61,241 nucleotides of DNA, taken from assembly GCA_944332715.1 (NCBI GenBank), contig CALVKN010000003.1, forward strand, positions 1 through 61,241. The letters are read 5' to 3'. The translations under genes and the position numbers were made by a program. Each line of letters opens with the position of its first letter. The first letter of the stretch is position 1. Below the pieces are notes generated by a model. The model ran no database searches. It was not told the DNA's origin and worked only from the letters and a program-made list of their open reading frames with translations. Positions 19,433 to 29,519 of this stretch are shown here, piece after piece. This stretch comes from an uncultured Bacilli bacterium. Lineage in GTDB: Bacteria; Bacillota_I; Bacilli_A; RF39; UBA660.

Positions 19433-19618
19433 ATGGCAAGAAAAAGCATGATTGTTAAAAATAAAAGAACACCAAAGTTTTCTACAAGAGCATATACAAG
19501 ATGTAATCGTTGTGGTAGACCTCATGGAGTTTTAAGAAAATATGGTATTTGCCGTATTTGCTTTAGAGAACTAGCAAATGAAGGTAAACTTCCTGGTGTT
19601 AAGAAATCTAGTTGGTAA
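19433..19618 (+). CDS. rpsN: 30S ribosomal protein S14 (zinc-binding type Z)
   Basis: RCNRCGR...CRICFRE. Confidence 0.97.
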   Translation: MARKSMIVKNKRTPKFSTRAYTRCNRCGRPHGVLRKYGICRICFRELANEGKLPGVKKSSW

Positions 19619-19630
19619 GGAGGAATTTAG

Positions 19631-20029
19631 ATGTTTGTACAAGATAAAATAGCAGATATGTTAACTCGTATTCGTAATGCTAATCAAATGAAATACAATA
19701 CTGTTGAAGTAATTGGAACTAAAATGACTCTTGGAATTGCCGAAATTTTAAAGAATGAAGGTTATATAACTGATTATGTTTATGAAAAACATAGTAATGG
19801 TGATAAACTTACAATAACTTTAAAATACGGACCTAAGAAAGAAAGAGTTATTACTGGACTTAAAAGAATTAGTAAATCTGGTTTAAGAGTTTATGCTAAA
19901 GTGGATGAAATTCCTCGCGTTTTAAACGGACTAGGTATTGCTATAATTTCCACTTCTGAAGGTTTAATGACTGATAAAGAAGCAAGAGCTAAGGGATTAG
20001 GAGGTGAAGTACTTGCCTATATTTGGTAA
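19631..20029 (+). CDS. rpsH: 30S ribosomal protein S8
   Basis: [16 protein letters not shown]. Confidence 0.98.
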   Translation: MFVQDKIADMLTRIRNANQMKYNTVEVIGTKMTLGIAEILKNEGYITDYVYEKHSNGDKLTITLKYGPKKERVITGLKRISKSGLRVYAKVDEIPRVLNGLGIAIISTSEGLMTDKEARAKGLGGEVLAYIW

Positions 20030-20035
20030 GGAATT

Positions 20036-20572
20036 ATGAGTAGAATTGGTGAAAGAAAACTAACTATCCCTGAAGGTGTTACAGTTATGGTTAATGGTAA
20101 TACTGTTAATGTAAAAGGACCTAAAGGAGAACTTAATTTAAAAGTAAGTAATTTAATAAATGTTGAAGTAGTAGATAATACTGTTTTAACAAAACAAGCT
20201 AAACCAAGTAAAAGAGCTAATGTTATGCAAGGAACTACTAATTCATTAATTAATAATATGATTATTGGAGTGTCTGTTGGTTTTAGCAAAGGTTTAGAAG
20301 CAGTTGGTGTTGGATATCGTTTCAATGTTAGTGGTAATAAGATTACTATTAATGCTGGATATTCACATCCAGTTGTAATGGAAGCACCAAGTGATTTAAG
20401 TGTTACTAGTGAATCAAATACAGAAATTACTATTCATGGAATAGATAAACAAAAAGTTTCAGAATTTGCGGCGAATGTTCGTAAAGTGAGAGAACCAGAA
20501 CCTTATAAAGGTAAAGGTATTCGTTATAAAGATGAACATGTACGTCGTAAAGAAGGAAAGAAAGCGGCATAG
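20036..20572 (+). CDS. rplF: 50S ribosomal protein L6
   Basis: MSRIG, PEPYKGKGIRY. Confidence 0.98.
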   Translation: MSRIGERKLTIPEGVTVMVNGNTVNVKGPKGELNLKVSNLINVEVVDNTVLTKQAKPSKRANVMQGTTNSLINNMIIGVSVGFSKGLEAVGVGYRFNVSGNKITINAGYSHPVVMEAPSDLSVTSESNTEITIHGIDKQKVSEFAANVRKVREPEPYKGKGIRYKDEHVRRKEGKKAA

Positions 20573-20586
20573 GGAGGAGTTAAGTT

Positions 20587-20943
20587 ATGATTAAAAAAGA
20601 AGCTAATAATAAAGCTCGTGTAAGAAGACACGAAAGAGTTCGTAAAACTGTTAGTGGAACTGCTGAATGCCCAAGACTAAATGTATTTAGATCTAACAAA
20701 GGTATTTATGCTCAAGTTATCGATGATGTAACAGGAACTACCCTTGCAAGTTCTTCTAACCTTGAATTAAAAATTAAGAATGGTGGTAATATCGAAGCTG
20801 CTCAAGCAGTTGGAAAAGATATTGCTGAAAAATGTAAGAAATTAAAAATTAAAAAGATAGTATTTGACCGTGGCGGATATCAATACCATGGTAGAGTTTC
20901 AGCCCTTGCTGATGCAGCAAGAGAAGCTGGACTAGAATTTTAG
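20587..20943 (+). CDS. rplR: 50S ribosomal protein L18
   Basis: [21 protein letters not shown]. Confidence 0.98.
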   Translation: MIKKEANNKARVRRHERVRKTVSGTAECPRLNVFRSNKGIYAQVIDDVTGTTLASSSNLELKIKNGGNIEAAQAVGKDIAEKCKKLKIKKIVFDRGGYQYHGRVSALADAAREAGLEF

Positions 20944-20952
20944 GGAGGTAGC

Positions 20953-21456
20953 ATGAGAAATCAAAAACAAGAACAAAAGAAAAATCTATTAGAAGAAAAA
21001 GTTATTTCTATTACTCGTGTTACGAAAGTTACACAAGGTGGTAGACACTTCCGTTTCTCTGCTACTGTAGCTGTTGGAAACAGAAAAGGTTTAGTTGGTA
21101 TTGGTAGTGGAAAGGCTAACGAAGTTCCAGAAGCTATTAAAAAAGCTTTACAAGCTGCAAATAAGAATGTTTGCAAAGTTGCTTTAATAGATAATAGAAC
21201 TGTTCCTCATGAAATGACTGCAAAAGTTGGTAGAGCTGTAGTATTAATCAAGCCTGCTCGCGAAGGTCGCGGAATCATCGCTGGTGGTGCTGCTCGTGCT
21301 GTACTTGAACTTGCTGGTGTTAAAGACATCGTTGCTAAATCACTTGGAGCAAATACTCAAGTAAATGTTGCTAAAGCAACACTAAAGGCTTTGAAGGAAC
21401 AAAGAACTCCAGAACATATTGCTGAACTTCGTGGCAAGAAAGTTGAGGAATTGTAA
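20953..21456 (+). CDS. rpsE: 30S ribosomal protein S5
   Basis: RVTKVTQGGR, GKANEVP. Confidence 0.98.
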   Translation: MRNQKQEQKKNLLEEKVISITRVTKVTQGGRHFRFSATVAVGNRKGLVGIGSGKANEVPEAIKKALQAANKNVCKVALIDNRTVPHEMTAKVGRAVVLIKPAREGRGIIAGGAARAVLELAGVKDIVAKSLGANTQVNVAKATLKALKEQRTPEHIAELRGKKVEEL

Positions 21457-21457
21457 G

Positions 21458-21901
21458 ATGAAATTAGAAAATTTACCAAAAAGTAAAGAAACAAAAGCAA
21501 CAAAGAGAGTTGGACGTGGACCAGGAAGTGGTATGGGTAAAACCGCTACTCGTGGAGAAAACGGACAAAAATCTAGAAGTGGTGCATCAATTCCTGCTTG
21601 GTTCCAAGGTGGACAAACTCCACTTCACAGAAGAATTCCAATCAGAGGATTCAATAACAAAAACTTTACAACTAGATATGCTACAATTAATTTAAGTGAT
21701 CTAGACAAATTCTTTAATGATGGTGATGTTGTTACACCAGAAGTATTAAAGGAACGTAAAATAATTAAAAAACAACTTAGTGGAGTTAAAGTATTAGGTA
21801 ATGGTGAACTTACTAAAAAGTTAACTGTTAAAGCTAATAGATTCTCTAGTAAAGCTGTTACAAAAATTGAAAATTCCGGTGGCAAAGCTGAGGTGATTTA
21901 G
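21458..21901 (+). CDS. rplO: 50S ribosomal protein L15
   Basis: RVGRGPGSGMGKT, GGQTPL; ATG 21458 directly after the rpsE stop. Confidence 0.97.
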   Translation: MKLENLPKSKETKATKRVGRGPGSGMGKTATRGENGQKSRSGASIPAWFQGGQTPLHRRIPIRGFNNKNFTTRYATINLSDLDKFFNDGDVVTPEVLKERKIIKKQLSGVKVLGNGELTKKLTVKANRFSSKAVTKIENSGGKAEVI

Positions 21902-23167
21902 ATGTTTCGTGGGTTTTCCCAACTTTTCAATAAGTCGAATAAAGATTTAAGACATAGAATCTACTTTACCTTGTTTTGTTTAGGAATATTTTGCTTAGGT
22001 AGTACAATTACTATTCCTTGGGCTACCCAAATAATAAGCGAACTTGGATTTTTAGAAATATTTAATATCATGAGTGGTGGAGGACTTAGAAACTTTTCAA
22101 TCTTCGGATTAGGAGTTTCTCCTTACATCACAGCATCAATTATTACACAGTTGTTGCAAATGGATATTATTCCATATTTTAAAGATTTAAAAGAACAAGG
22201 GTATGTAGGAAGACAAAAAATTAACAAAATTACAAGATACTTAGGTATTATAATTGCCTTTGCACAAGCGTATGTACTTTGTGTATTTTATATGAGTGGT
22301 GAATCAACATTTACAATGCTTAAGACATCCTTAGTTATGACTGCTGGTACAGCATTCTGTTTATGGATGGGAGATCAAATTACAAGAAAAGGTATCGGTA
22401 ATGGGCAATCAATGCTTATTATGGCAGGTATAATTCTTAGTATGCCAAGTGTATTTACAGGTGCATATGAAGGATTTATTGTTGCGGATACTTACGCTAC
22501 AGCATTAGGAATATTTTTCTTTATTCTATTTATCCTTATTTATCTACTTATTATTGTAGGTATTATATGGATACAACTTGCAGAAAGAAGAATACCTATT
22601 CAATATGCTAATAGATCAACTAGTGCATATGGTGCACAACAAAGTTTCTTACCAATAAAAATTAATTCTGCTGGTGTTATACCTGTAATATTTGCACAAA
22701 TACTTATTACAATACCAGCAACAATAGTTAGTTTAATTGGTAATGAAAGTGCTATTAATTTTGTTAATAAATATATTAGTTATACAACTCCAACAGGATT
22801 TTTACTATATATAGTACTTATAATGTTCTTTGGATATTTTTATACATTTATGGTTATGAATCCTGATGAAATGAGTAAAAACTTAAATGGACGTGGAGGT
22901 TATATTCCAGGGATAAGACCAGGAGAAGATACTTCCAAATACATAGGTAATTCTATGGGTAAATTAACATTTGTAGGTAGTATATTCTTAGTAATACTTT
23001 CATGTATACCAATAGTTTTCTCGATGATATTTGAATTACCATCATCAGTATCTATTGGTGGAACTGCAATATTAATTGTTGTAGGTGTTGCTATTGAAAC
23101 ATATAAACAAATGGAAAGTAGTTTAGTAAGTCGCTCTTATGCGGCGAAAAGAAAGAGATTAAGATAA
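21902..23167 (+). CDS. secY: Preprotein translocase subunit SecY
   Basis: GVSPYITASII, GIGNG, AGVIPVIFA, IPGIRPG. Confidence 0.98.
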   Translation: MFRGFSQLFNKSNKDLRHRIYFTLFCLGIFCLGSTITIPWATQIISELGFLEIFNIMSGGGLRNFSIFGLGVSPYITASIITQLLQMDIIPYFKDLKEQGYVGRQKINKITRYLGIIIAFAQAYVLCVFYMSGESTFTMLKTSLVMTAGTAFCLWMGDQITRKGIGNGQSMLIMAGIILSMPSVFTGAYEGFIVADTYATALGIFFFILFILIYLLIIVGIIWIQLAERRIPIQYANRSTSAYGAQQSFLPIKINSAGVIPVIFAQILITIPATIVSLIGNESAINFVNKYISYTTPTGFLLYIVLIMFFGYFYTFMVMNPDEMSKNLNGRGGYIPGIRPGEDTSKYIGNSMGKLTFVGSIFLVILSCIPIVFSMIFELPSSVSIGGTAILIVVGVAIETYKQMESSLVSRSYAAKRKRLR

Positions 23168-23805
23168 TGAAAAATATAATATTTATAGCTCCCCCAGCCG
23201 CTGGCAAAGGGACTCAAAGTGATATGTTAAAAAATACTTATGGATATATCCATATATCAACAGGAGATTTACTGCGAGCGGAGATTGCAACAGGTAGTGC
23301 ATTAGGGTTAGAAGTTAAAAGTATTATAGATAAAGGAAATTTAGTTAGTGATGAATTAATAATTGATATTATAAATTCAAAGTTAACTGAAATAAAAGGA
23401 AAACCATTTATTTTAGATGGTTTTCCTAGAACTCTTAATCAAGCGAAAGTCTTAGATAAAATAATAGATGATAATTATGAAGTTATCTATTTAGAATTAT
23501 CTAAGGAAGAAGCAATTAAAAGAATAGAGGGAAGACTTACTTGCAGTTGTGGAAAATCATATAATTTAAATGATGAAGCATTAAAACCAAAGCAAGAAGG
23601 TATTTGTGATAATTGCGGTAAGAAATTAGTAAAAAGAGATGATGATAATACTCTAGCATTTGCTGTTAGATATGATAATTTCTTAAATAATACAAAAGTA
23701 TTAATAGATTACTACAAAAATAAAAATAAATTAAATGTTATTGATGTTAATAGAGATATAAATGCTATATTTAAAGACATATCGGAGATAGTTATTAATG
23801 ATTAG
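23167..23805 (+). CDS. adk: Adenylate kinase
   Basis: PPAAGKGT, HISTGDLLR, LDGFPR, zinc lid. Confidence 0.96.
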   Translation: MKNIIFIAPPAAGKGTQSDMLKNTYGYIHISTGDLLRAEIATGSALGLEVKSIIDKGNLVSDELIIDIINSKLTEIKGKPFILDGFPRTLNQAKVLDKIIDDNYEVIYLELSKEEAIKRIEGRLTCSCGKSYNLNDEALKPKQEGICDNCGKKLVKRDDDNTLAFAVRYDNFLNNTKVLIDYYKNKNKLNVIDVNRDINAIFKDISEIVIND

Positions 23806-24541
23806 TATTAAAAGTGAAAGAGAAATTGAATTAATGCGTGAAGCTGGAAAATACAATATGCTTACCTTTAAGGAAGTTGAAAAGTATTTAAAACCAGGAG
23901 TAACCACTAAAAAGTTAGATAAGATAATTCACGATTTTATAATAAAGAATGGATGTGTTCCATCAACATTAGGTTATGAAGGTTATCCAGCTAGTGTATG
24001 TATTTCTGTAAATGATGAAGTTGTTCATGGTATTCCCGGAGCTCGTGTTTTACAAAATGGTGATATAGTTTCAATTGATTTAGTTTTATCATATAAAGGA
24101 TATCATGCTGATGCTACTAGAACTTATATCATTGGGGAGGTTCCAGAGGATGTAAGAAATTTAGTAGAAAATACTAAAGGAGCATTTTATGCAGGAGTAG
24201 CAAAAGTAAAAGAAGGAGCTAGAATTCGTGATATCAGTAAGGCAATTGAGGATTATGCACATGCGCATGGTTTATCAGTTGTTGAAGAATTAGTGGGACA
24301 TGGAATTGGATCTTCAATGCATGAAGAACCAGATGTACCAAATTTTGATACAAATAGCATGGTTAAATTAAAGACTGGTATGACTTTAGCAATAGAACCA
24401 ATGCTTAATTTGGGAAGTAAACACGTTTTTTTAGAAGATGATGATTGGACAGTTAAAACTGTTGATGGAAAGCCTTCAGCACATTACGAAAATACTGTCT
24501 TAGTGACTAAAGATGGATATGAAATATTAACAGGAGAATAG
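23798..24541 (+). CDS. map: Type I methionine aminopeptidase
   Basis: [25 protein letters not shown]. Confidence 0.97.
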   Translation: MISIKSEREIELMREAGKYNMLTFKEVEKYLKPGVTTKKLDKIIHDFIIKNGCVPSTLGYEGYPASVCISVNDEVVHGIPGARVLQNGDIVSIDLVLSYKGYHADATRTYIIGEVPEDVRNLVENTKGAFYAGVAKVKEGARIRDISKAIEDYAHAHGLSVVEELVGHGIGSSMHEEPDVPNFDTNSMVKLKTGMTLAIEPMLNLGSKHVFLEDDDWTVKTVDGKPSAHYENTVLVTKDGYEILTGE

Positions 24542-24548
24542 AGAATAT

Positions 24549-24767
24549 ATGGGAAAAAAAGATAAAATAGAAGTTGAAGGGAAAGTTACAGAAGTCTTAA
24601 AGGGAAGTTACTATTTAGTAGAACTTGAAAATGGACATACTGTTACGGCCTACGTCTCTGGTAAAATGCGCATAAATATGATACGTATTTTACCAGGTGA
24701 TAAAGTTACAGTAGAACTTTCACCATACGATTTAGAACGTGGGATTATAAAATGGAATAATAGATAA
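24549..24767 (+). CDS. infA: Translation initiation factor IF-1
   Basis: [21 protein letters not shown]. Confidence 0.97.
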   Translation: MGKKDKIEVEGKVTEVLKGSYYLVELENGHTVTAYVSGKMRINMIRILPGDKVTVELSPYDLERGIIKWNNR

Positions 24768-24778
24768 GGAGTGAAATT

Positions 24779-24892
24779 ATGAAAGTTAGACCATCAGTAA
24801 AAAAGATTTGCAAGAAATGTAAAATTATTAGAAGAAAAGGAAAAGTTAGGGTTATTTGTGAAAATCCTAAACATAAGCAAGTACAAGGATAA
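24779..24892 (+). CDS. rpmJ: 50S ribosomal protein L36 (not in the ORF track)
   Basis: Manual translation [37 protein letters not shown]; RBS AAGGAG. Confidence 0.97.
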   Translation: MKVRPSVKKICKKCKIIRRKGKVRVICENPKHKQVQG

Positions 24893-24901
24893 GGAGGATT
24901 T

Positions 24902-25276
24902 ATGGCAAGAATTAAGAATATTGAATTACCAGGTGAAAAACATACTTGTATAGGACTTACAGCAATTTATGGTATAGGTAGAAGTTTAGCACTTACTATT
25001 TGTGAAGATGCAAAAGTAGAACCTACAAAGAAAATTAAAGATTTGACTGATGATGAAGTTGCAGCATTACGTAAAGAAGTAGAAAAATACGTAGTTGAAG
25101 GTGATCTTCGTCGTGATGTACAAATGAATATTAAAAATAAGATGGAAATTAACTGCTACGAAGGTATTAGACATAAAAAAGGTCTACCAGTAAGAGGACA
25201 AAGAACTAGTAGAAATGCTAAGACTCGTAAAGGTAGAGGTAAAGTAGTAGCTAATAAAAAGAAAGTAGGTAAGTAA
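24902..25276 (+). CDS. rpsM: 30S ribosomal protein S13
   Basis: [14 protein letters not shown]. Confidence 0.98.
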   Translation: MARIKNIELPGEKHTCIGLTAIYGIGRSLALTICEDAKVEPTKKIKDLTDDEVAALRKEVEKYVVEGDLRRDVQMNIKNKMEINCYEGIRHKKGLPVRGQRTSRNAKTRKGRGKVVANKKKVGK

Positions 25277-25277
25277 T

Positions 25278-25661
25278 ATGGCATATAATAGAAGAAAAAG
25301 AAAAGTTAAGAAGAATATTCCAGAAGCTGAAGCACATATTCATTCAACTTATAATAATACAATAGTTACTATTTGTGATAAAGAAGGTAATGCTATTAGT
25401 TGGTCATCTGCTGGTAGAATTGGTTATAAAGGAAGTAAAAAGAAAACTCCTTTTGCAGCAGGACTAACTAGTGAAGCAGCAGCTGCAGCAGCAGTTGAAG
25501 CTGGTGTTAAAAAAGTTGATGTTTATGTTAAAGGTCTTGGACCAGGAAGAGAAAATGCAATTCGTTCTTTACAAACTGCAGGTTTAGAAATTACAAGTAT
25601 CGTTGATGAAACTCCAATTCCTCACAATGGTTGTCGTCCACCAAAAAGACCAAGAAATTAA
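25278..25661 (+). CDS. rpsK: 30S ribosomal protein S11
   Basis: [18 protein letters not shown]. Confidence 0.98.
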   Translation: MAYNRRKRKVKKNIPEAEAHIHSTYNNTIVTICDKEGNAISWSSAGRIGYKGSKKKTPFAAGLTSEAAAAAAVEAGVKKVDVYVKGLGPGRENAIRSLQTAGLEITSIVDETPIPHNGCRPPKRPRN

Positions 25662-25682
25662 TTAAGGAAAGGAACGTGGATT

Positions 25683-26627
25683 ATGATAAAATTTGAAAAA
25701 CCAGACTATAAAATAGTTGAATATCAAGAAAGCAATCATTTTGCAAAATTTGAACTTGAACCCTTAGAAAGAGGTTTTGGTACAACTATTGGGAATGCTC
25801 TTAGAAGAGTAATGTTATCAAGTTTACCTGGTAGTGCTGTTACTAGCGTTAAGATTGATGGCGTTATGCATGAATTCCAAAAAATGGAAGGTGTAGTTGA
25901 AGATGTTACATCAATAGTATTAGCACTTAAGAAGTTAGTTGTTAAAAATCATACTAGTGAAACTAAAACACTTAGACTTACTAAATCAACACCAGGTGAA
26001 GTTACGGCAGCTGATATTGAAAAAGATGCTGATATTGAAATAATGAATCCAGATTTAGTATTATGTACACTTGTTGAAGGTGGAAAGATAAGCATGGAAA
26101 TGACTGTTAATAATGGTCGTGGATATGTTCCTGCAAGTGAAAATAAAGCAAAAATGGGAGATGCAAAAGTTGGTGTTATTGCAATTGACTCTTCATACTC
26201 ACCAATTGAAGTTGTAAAATATGAAGTATTAGATACTCGTGTTGGTCAAGATGAATCATATGATAAATTAGTTATGGAAGTATCAACTAATGGTTCTATG
26301 ACTCCAGAAGAAGCAATGGCTTTAGCTGCAAAAATACTTATTGAACACTTCAATATAGTTGCAGATTTAAATTCAATTAGTAATATAACAGGAATAATGC
26401 AAGAAAAGAAAATAGATAACATGACTAAGACTCTTGAAACACCAATTGAAGAAGTTGAGTTTTCAGTTCGTGCTTATAACTGTTTAAAAAGAGCTGGTAT
26501 TCATACCGTTCAAGATTTAGTTAATAAGAAAGAATCAGAAGTTACTAAGATCAGAAACTTAGGAAAGAAATCATTAAAAGAAGTTCTTGATAAAGTGGAA
26601 GAATTAGGACTATCATTTAAGGAGTAA
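25683..26627 (+). CDS. rpoA: RNA polymerase subunit alpha
   Basis: PLERGFGTTIGNALRR, SVRAYNCLKR, RNLGKKS. Confidence 0.98.
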   Translation: MIKFEKPDYKIVEYQESNHFAKFELEPLERGFGTTIGNALRRVMLSSLPGSAVTSVKIDGVMHEFQKMEGVVEDVTSIVLALKKLVVKNHTSETKTLRLTKSTPGEVTAADIEKDADIEIMNPDLVLCTLVEGGKISMEMTVNNGRGYVPASENKAKMGDAKVGVIAIDSSYSPIEVVKYEVLDTRVGQDESYDKLVMEVSTNGSMTPEEAMALAAKILIEHFNIVADLNSISNITGIMQEKKIDNMTKTLETPIEEVEFSVRAYNCLKRAGIHTVQDLVNKKESEVTKIRNLGKKSLKEVLDKVEELGLSFKE

Positions 26628-26631
26628 TAAT

Positions 26632-26973
26632 ATGAAATACAGAAAATTAGGAAGAGAAACAAGAATTAGAAGAAGTATTTTAGCAAGTTTAACTAAAGAT
26701 GTAATTATTAATGGCTATGTTGTTACTACTGAAGCAAGAGCTAAAGAAGTTCGTAAGTTTGTTGATAGAATGATAACTTATGGTAAAGATGGTTCTCTAG
26801 TTTCACGTAGAAAAGCACTTGCTTTCTTACATAATGATAGTGAAGTTGTAAGTAAAGTATTTGATGAACTTGCTAAGAAATATGAAACCAGAGATGGTGG
26901 ATATACAAGAATAATCAAACTTAAAGAACGTCGTGGAGACGATGCTCTAGAAGTTAGACTTGAATTAGTTTAA
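26632..26973 (+). CDS. rplQ: 50S ribosomal protein L17
   Basis: TTEARAKE, GGYTRI. Confidence 0.98.
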   Translation: MKYRKLGRETRIRRSILASLTKDVIINGYVVTTEARAKEVRKFVDRMITYGKDGSLVSRRKALAFLHNDSEVVSKVFDELAKKYETRDGGYTRIIKLKERRGDDALEVRLELV

Positions 26974-27002
26974 GAGTTAACAGTTGTTGTTAATTCTTTT
27001 TT
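26973..27002 (+). terminator. Intrinsic terminator of the ribosomal superoperon
   Basis: AGAGTTAACA...TGTTAATTCT plus T-run. Confidence 0.75.
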
Positions 27003-27027
27003 ATTGTATTATTTTCTTGGTGATTGT

Positions 27028-27546
27028 ATGAACAACGTTTTAAATACCAGAAAATGTCCTTTTTGTGGTTCTCTAAATTTATTGGAATATTTATATGGAT
27101 TTCCAGCTTATGATTATGATAAAGAAAAATATATCCTCGGTGGCTGCAAAATAACAGATTATCAACCAATTTATATGTGTTCAGATTGTAACAAAGATAT
27201 ATTCTTGGAAAATGTTATAAATATACAAATAATAGATGATACAATAAAAGATTTAGAAAATAATTCAAATGCCTGTAAATTGGTTTATATAGAATCTAGT
27301 CTAAGTGAGCAGTTATTAAAATTAATTAAATATTTTTATGATGAAGATCTTGTTGATGAAGATTATATAAGTAATTATGAATTTATAAAGAATAAAAAAA
27401 TAGAAGAATTAACCTTACAAGAATGTTTAACATATTTTACTTATATTATTAGATTAGATAGATTTAGTTCAGGATATATTTATAAAGTGGTTAGTGAGGG
27501 TATATTACTTAAGTTATTAGAAAGGTTAAGAAGTATCTTAAGATAA
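27028..27546 (+). CDS. Hypothetical protein: N-terminal Cys4 zinc ribbon plus DUF6508-like helical domain
   Basis: CPFCGS...YGFP...GGC...CSDC; CLTYFTYIIRLDRFSSG. Confidence 0.6.
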   Translation: MNNVLNTRKCPFCGSLNLLEYLYGFPAYDYDKEKYILGGCKITDYQPIYMCSDCNKDIFLENVINIQIIDDTIKDLENNSNACKLVYIESSLSEQLLKLIKYFYDEDLVDEDYISNYEFIKNKKIEELTLQECLTYFTYIIRLDRFSSGYIYKVVSEGILLKLLERLRSILR

Positions 27547-27565
27547 TTAATTATTGTTAAAAATG

Positions 27566-27660
27566 CTTTTATCCTCGAATTTCGACCAAAAACAGTTCTT
27601 TTTATCCTCGAATTTCGACCAAAAACAGTCCTTTTTACCCTCGAATTTTGACCAAAGCGG
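27566..27660. repeat. 33-bp tandem repeat (3 copies) upstream of an AAA ATPase promoter
   Basis: A(T/C)CCTCGAATTT(C/T)GACCAAA at 27571, 27604, 27637; followed by TTGATT-17-TATATT at 27661-27689. Confidence 0.92.
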
Positions 27661-27706
27661 TTGATTTTTTGACATATATATGCTATATTTTAACTGAGGT
27701 GAATAT

Positions 27707-29035
27707 ATGCAAAGACTATTTTATCAAGAATTAGAGGATTGGTATAAAAATTCAAGAAAATATCCAATGCTTGTGGTAGGTGCAAGACAAGTAGGAAAAA
27801 CTTACATAATTAATGAGTTCTGTAAATCTCACTTTAAAAATGTTATTAGTATTAATTTGATGAAAGATAAGAAGTTGATTAATATATTTTCTAATAATGA
27901 TTATTCCTTTGAAGAAAAAGTATATATTTTAGAAACTGTGTTGTATCAAAAAATTAGCGGAGAAGATACCATTTTATTTGTTGATGAAGTTCAAGAAAGT
28001 GAAGATTTCATTGAAGCATTAAAGTTTTTTAATGAGAGCGACGAAACCTATAACATAATATGTGCGGGATCACTTCTGGGTGTTACATTAAGTAGATTTA
28101 CTAAATCATTTCCTGTTGGTAAGGTAATAAAAAAAGAAATGTATCCATTAAATTTTGAGGAATTTTTAATGGCTACCAATAATGACAATTTAATACCAAT
28201 TATAAAAGAATGTTATAACTTAGATAAAGAAATGCCAAAAATTATTCACGATAAATTACTATTATTATATTATAATTATTTGTATTTAGGAGGTATGCCT
28301 GAAGTAATAAAGAATTATGTAGATAATGGTTGTGATTTTGTTAAAATGGATAATAGCATTATAGAAAAAATAGTTAATTCTTATATCGACGATATGGGAA
28401 AATATGTAAAGAACACAAACGAAAGTTTAAGAATTAAAGCAGTATATAACGATATACCAGGACAGCTTGCTAAAGAAAATCAAAAATTTGTTTTTTCAAA
28501 ATTAGATAATAAAGGGACAAGAAAAAGAGATTATGTAACAGCAATTGATTGGCTAATAAATAGTAAATTAGTATTAAAATGTAATTATTTAACTGTACCT
28601 AGTTTTCCTCTTGCAGGTTATGTATCTGATGATACTTATAAATTGTATTTAAATGATTCTGGCATTATGAGTTATTGCTTGAAAATTCCACCATTAGCAT
28701 TTTTACAAAATACTGATTATCCTTATAAAGGTGTTGTTACAGAAAATTATGTGGCAAGTGAATTAGCAAAAAATAATGTTATTTTATATTATTGGACCAG
28801 AAAAGGGAAGAATAAGGGAAATGCCGAAGTAGATTTTATATTACAACAAGGACTTGATGTAGTTCCTATTGAAGTTAAAGCTAGCGATAATGTACGTTCA
28901 AAAAGTTTGAACTTATTTATGGAAAATTTTAATCCTAAGTATGGTATTAGAATATCTACTAAAAATTTTGGCTTTGAAAATAATATTAAGTCTGTTCCTT
29001 TATATGCAGTATTTTGTATAAAAAGTGATGTTTAA
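27707..29035 (+). CDS. AAA_14 + DUF4143 ATPase with C-terminal PD-(D/E)XK-like domain
   Basis: GARQVGKT, VDEVQ, AGSLLG, GGMPE, EVDF...PIEVKAS. Confidence 0.9.
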   Translation: MQRLFYQELEDWYKNSRKYPMLVVGARQVGKTYIINEFCKSHFKNVISINLMKDKKLINIFSNNDYSFEEKVYILETVLYQKISGEDTILFVDEVQESEDFIEALKFFNESDETYNIICAGSLLGVTLSRFTKSFPVGKVIKKEMYPLNFEEFLMATNNDNLIPIIKECYNLDKEMPKIIHDKLLLLYYNYLYLGGMPEVIKNYVDNGCDFVKMDNSIIEKIVNSYIDDMGKYVKNTNESLRIKAVYNDIPGQLAKENQKFVFSKLDNKGTRKRDYVTAIDWLINSKLVLKCNYLTVPSFPLAGYVSDDTYKLYLNDSGIMSYCLKIPPLAFLQNTDYPYKGVVTENYVASELAKNNVILYYWTRKGKNKGNAEVDFILQQGLDVVPIEVKASDNVRSKSLNLFMENFNPKYGIRISTKNFGFENNIKSVPLYAVFCIKSDV

Positions 29036-29062
29036 TCCATAATAATCATGGATGGTGATTAA

Positions 29063-29248
29063 ATGAAAAATGCACAATGTGATAGTTGTAAAGATGCCAA
29101 ATTTGGAGTAGCTTATATAGATCCAGAAAGTGGTATTCTATGTAGTAAAATTGATACTGATATGGAGTTACCAAAGGGTAAAAAGATACTTGCTCCGAAG
29201 ATATGTACTAAATGTGGTACAACTGAATGGAAGACAATTGATAATTAG
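29063..29248 (+). CDS. Small Cys4 (zinc-ribbon-like) protein
   Basis: CDSC...CTKCG; RBS GGTGA. Confidence 0.55.
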   Translation: MKNAQCDSCKDAKFGVAYIDPESGILCSKIDTDMELPKGKKILAPKICTKCGTTEWKTIDN

Positions 29249-29355
29249 TAAGAGATATTATATCTCTTATTTTCTTGTAGGAAAATATAATGGTAAAATA
29301 GTCAATATATTTTCTTATAGGAAAACATATTGACTATTAAATTTATAAAACTATT

Positions 29356-29515
29356 TTATGAATTTACTATTTCCTTTTCTTTATCTTTATTAAATACTTC
29401 CAATACATTTTTAATTTCTACTCTTAATTCTTCATCTTTTATGAAAAATTCAACTATATGTAAATTTAGAGCATCAGCAATTCTTCCTAATACTGCTATA
29501 CTTAAATGTTGTCGA
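29356..29515 (-). pseudogene. C-terminal remnant of an XRE-family HTH protein
   Basis: HLSIAVLGRIADALNLHIVEFF is the typical XRE C-terminal half; the N-terminal half and start are missing. Confidence 0.55.
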
Positions 29516-29519
29516 TGAA

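Noticed and set aside
25661-25683. rpsD absent between rpsK and rpoA
   Set aside because: Normal for Bacilli, where rpsD is encoded elsewhere
26800-26816. parS-like GTTTCACGTAGAAA in rplQ
   Set aside because: Does not match the 16-bp palindromic TGTTNCACGTGAAACA consensus on the right arm; explained by coding sequence
27566-27660. CRISPR array interpretation of the 33-bp and 40-bp repeats (also 1297-1395, 7298-7363)
   Set aside because: Units are contiguous with no unique spacers, and no cas genes are in the window
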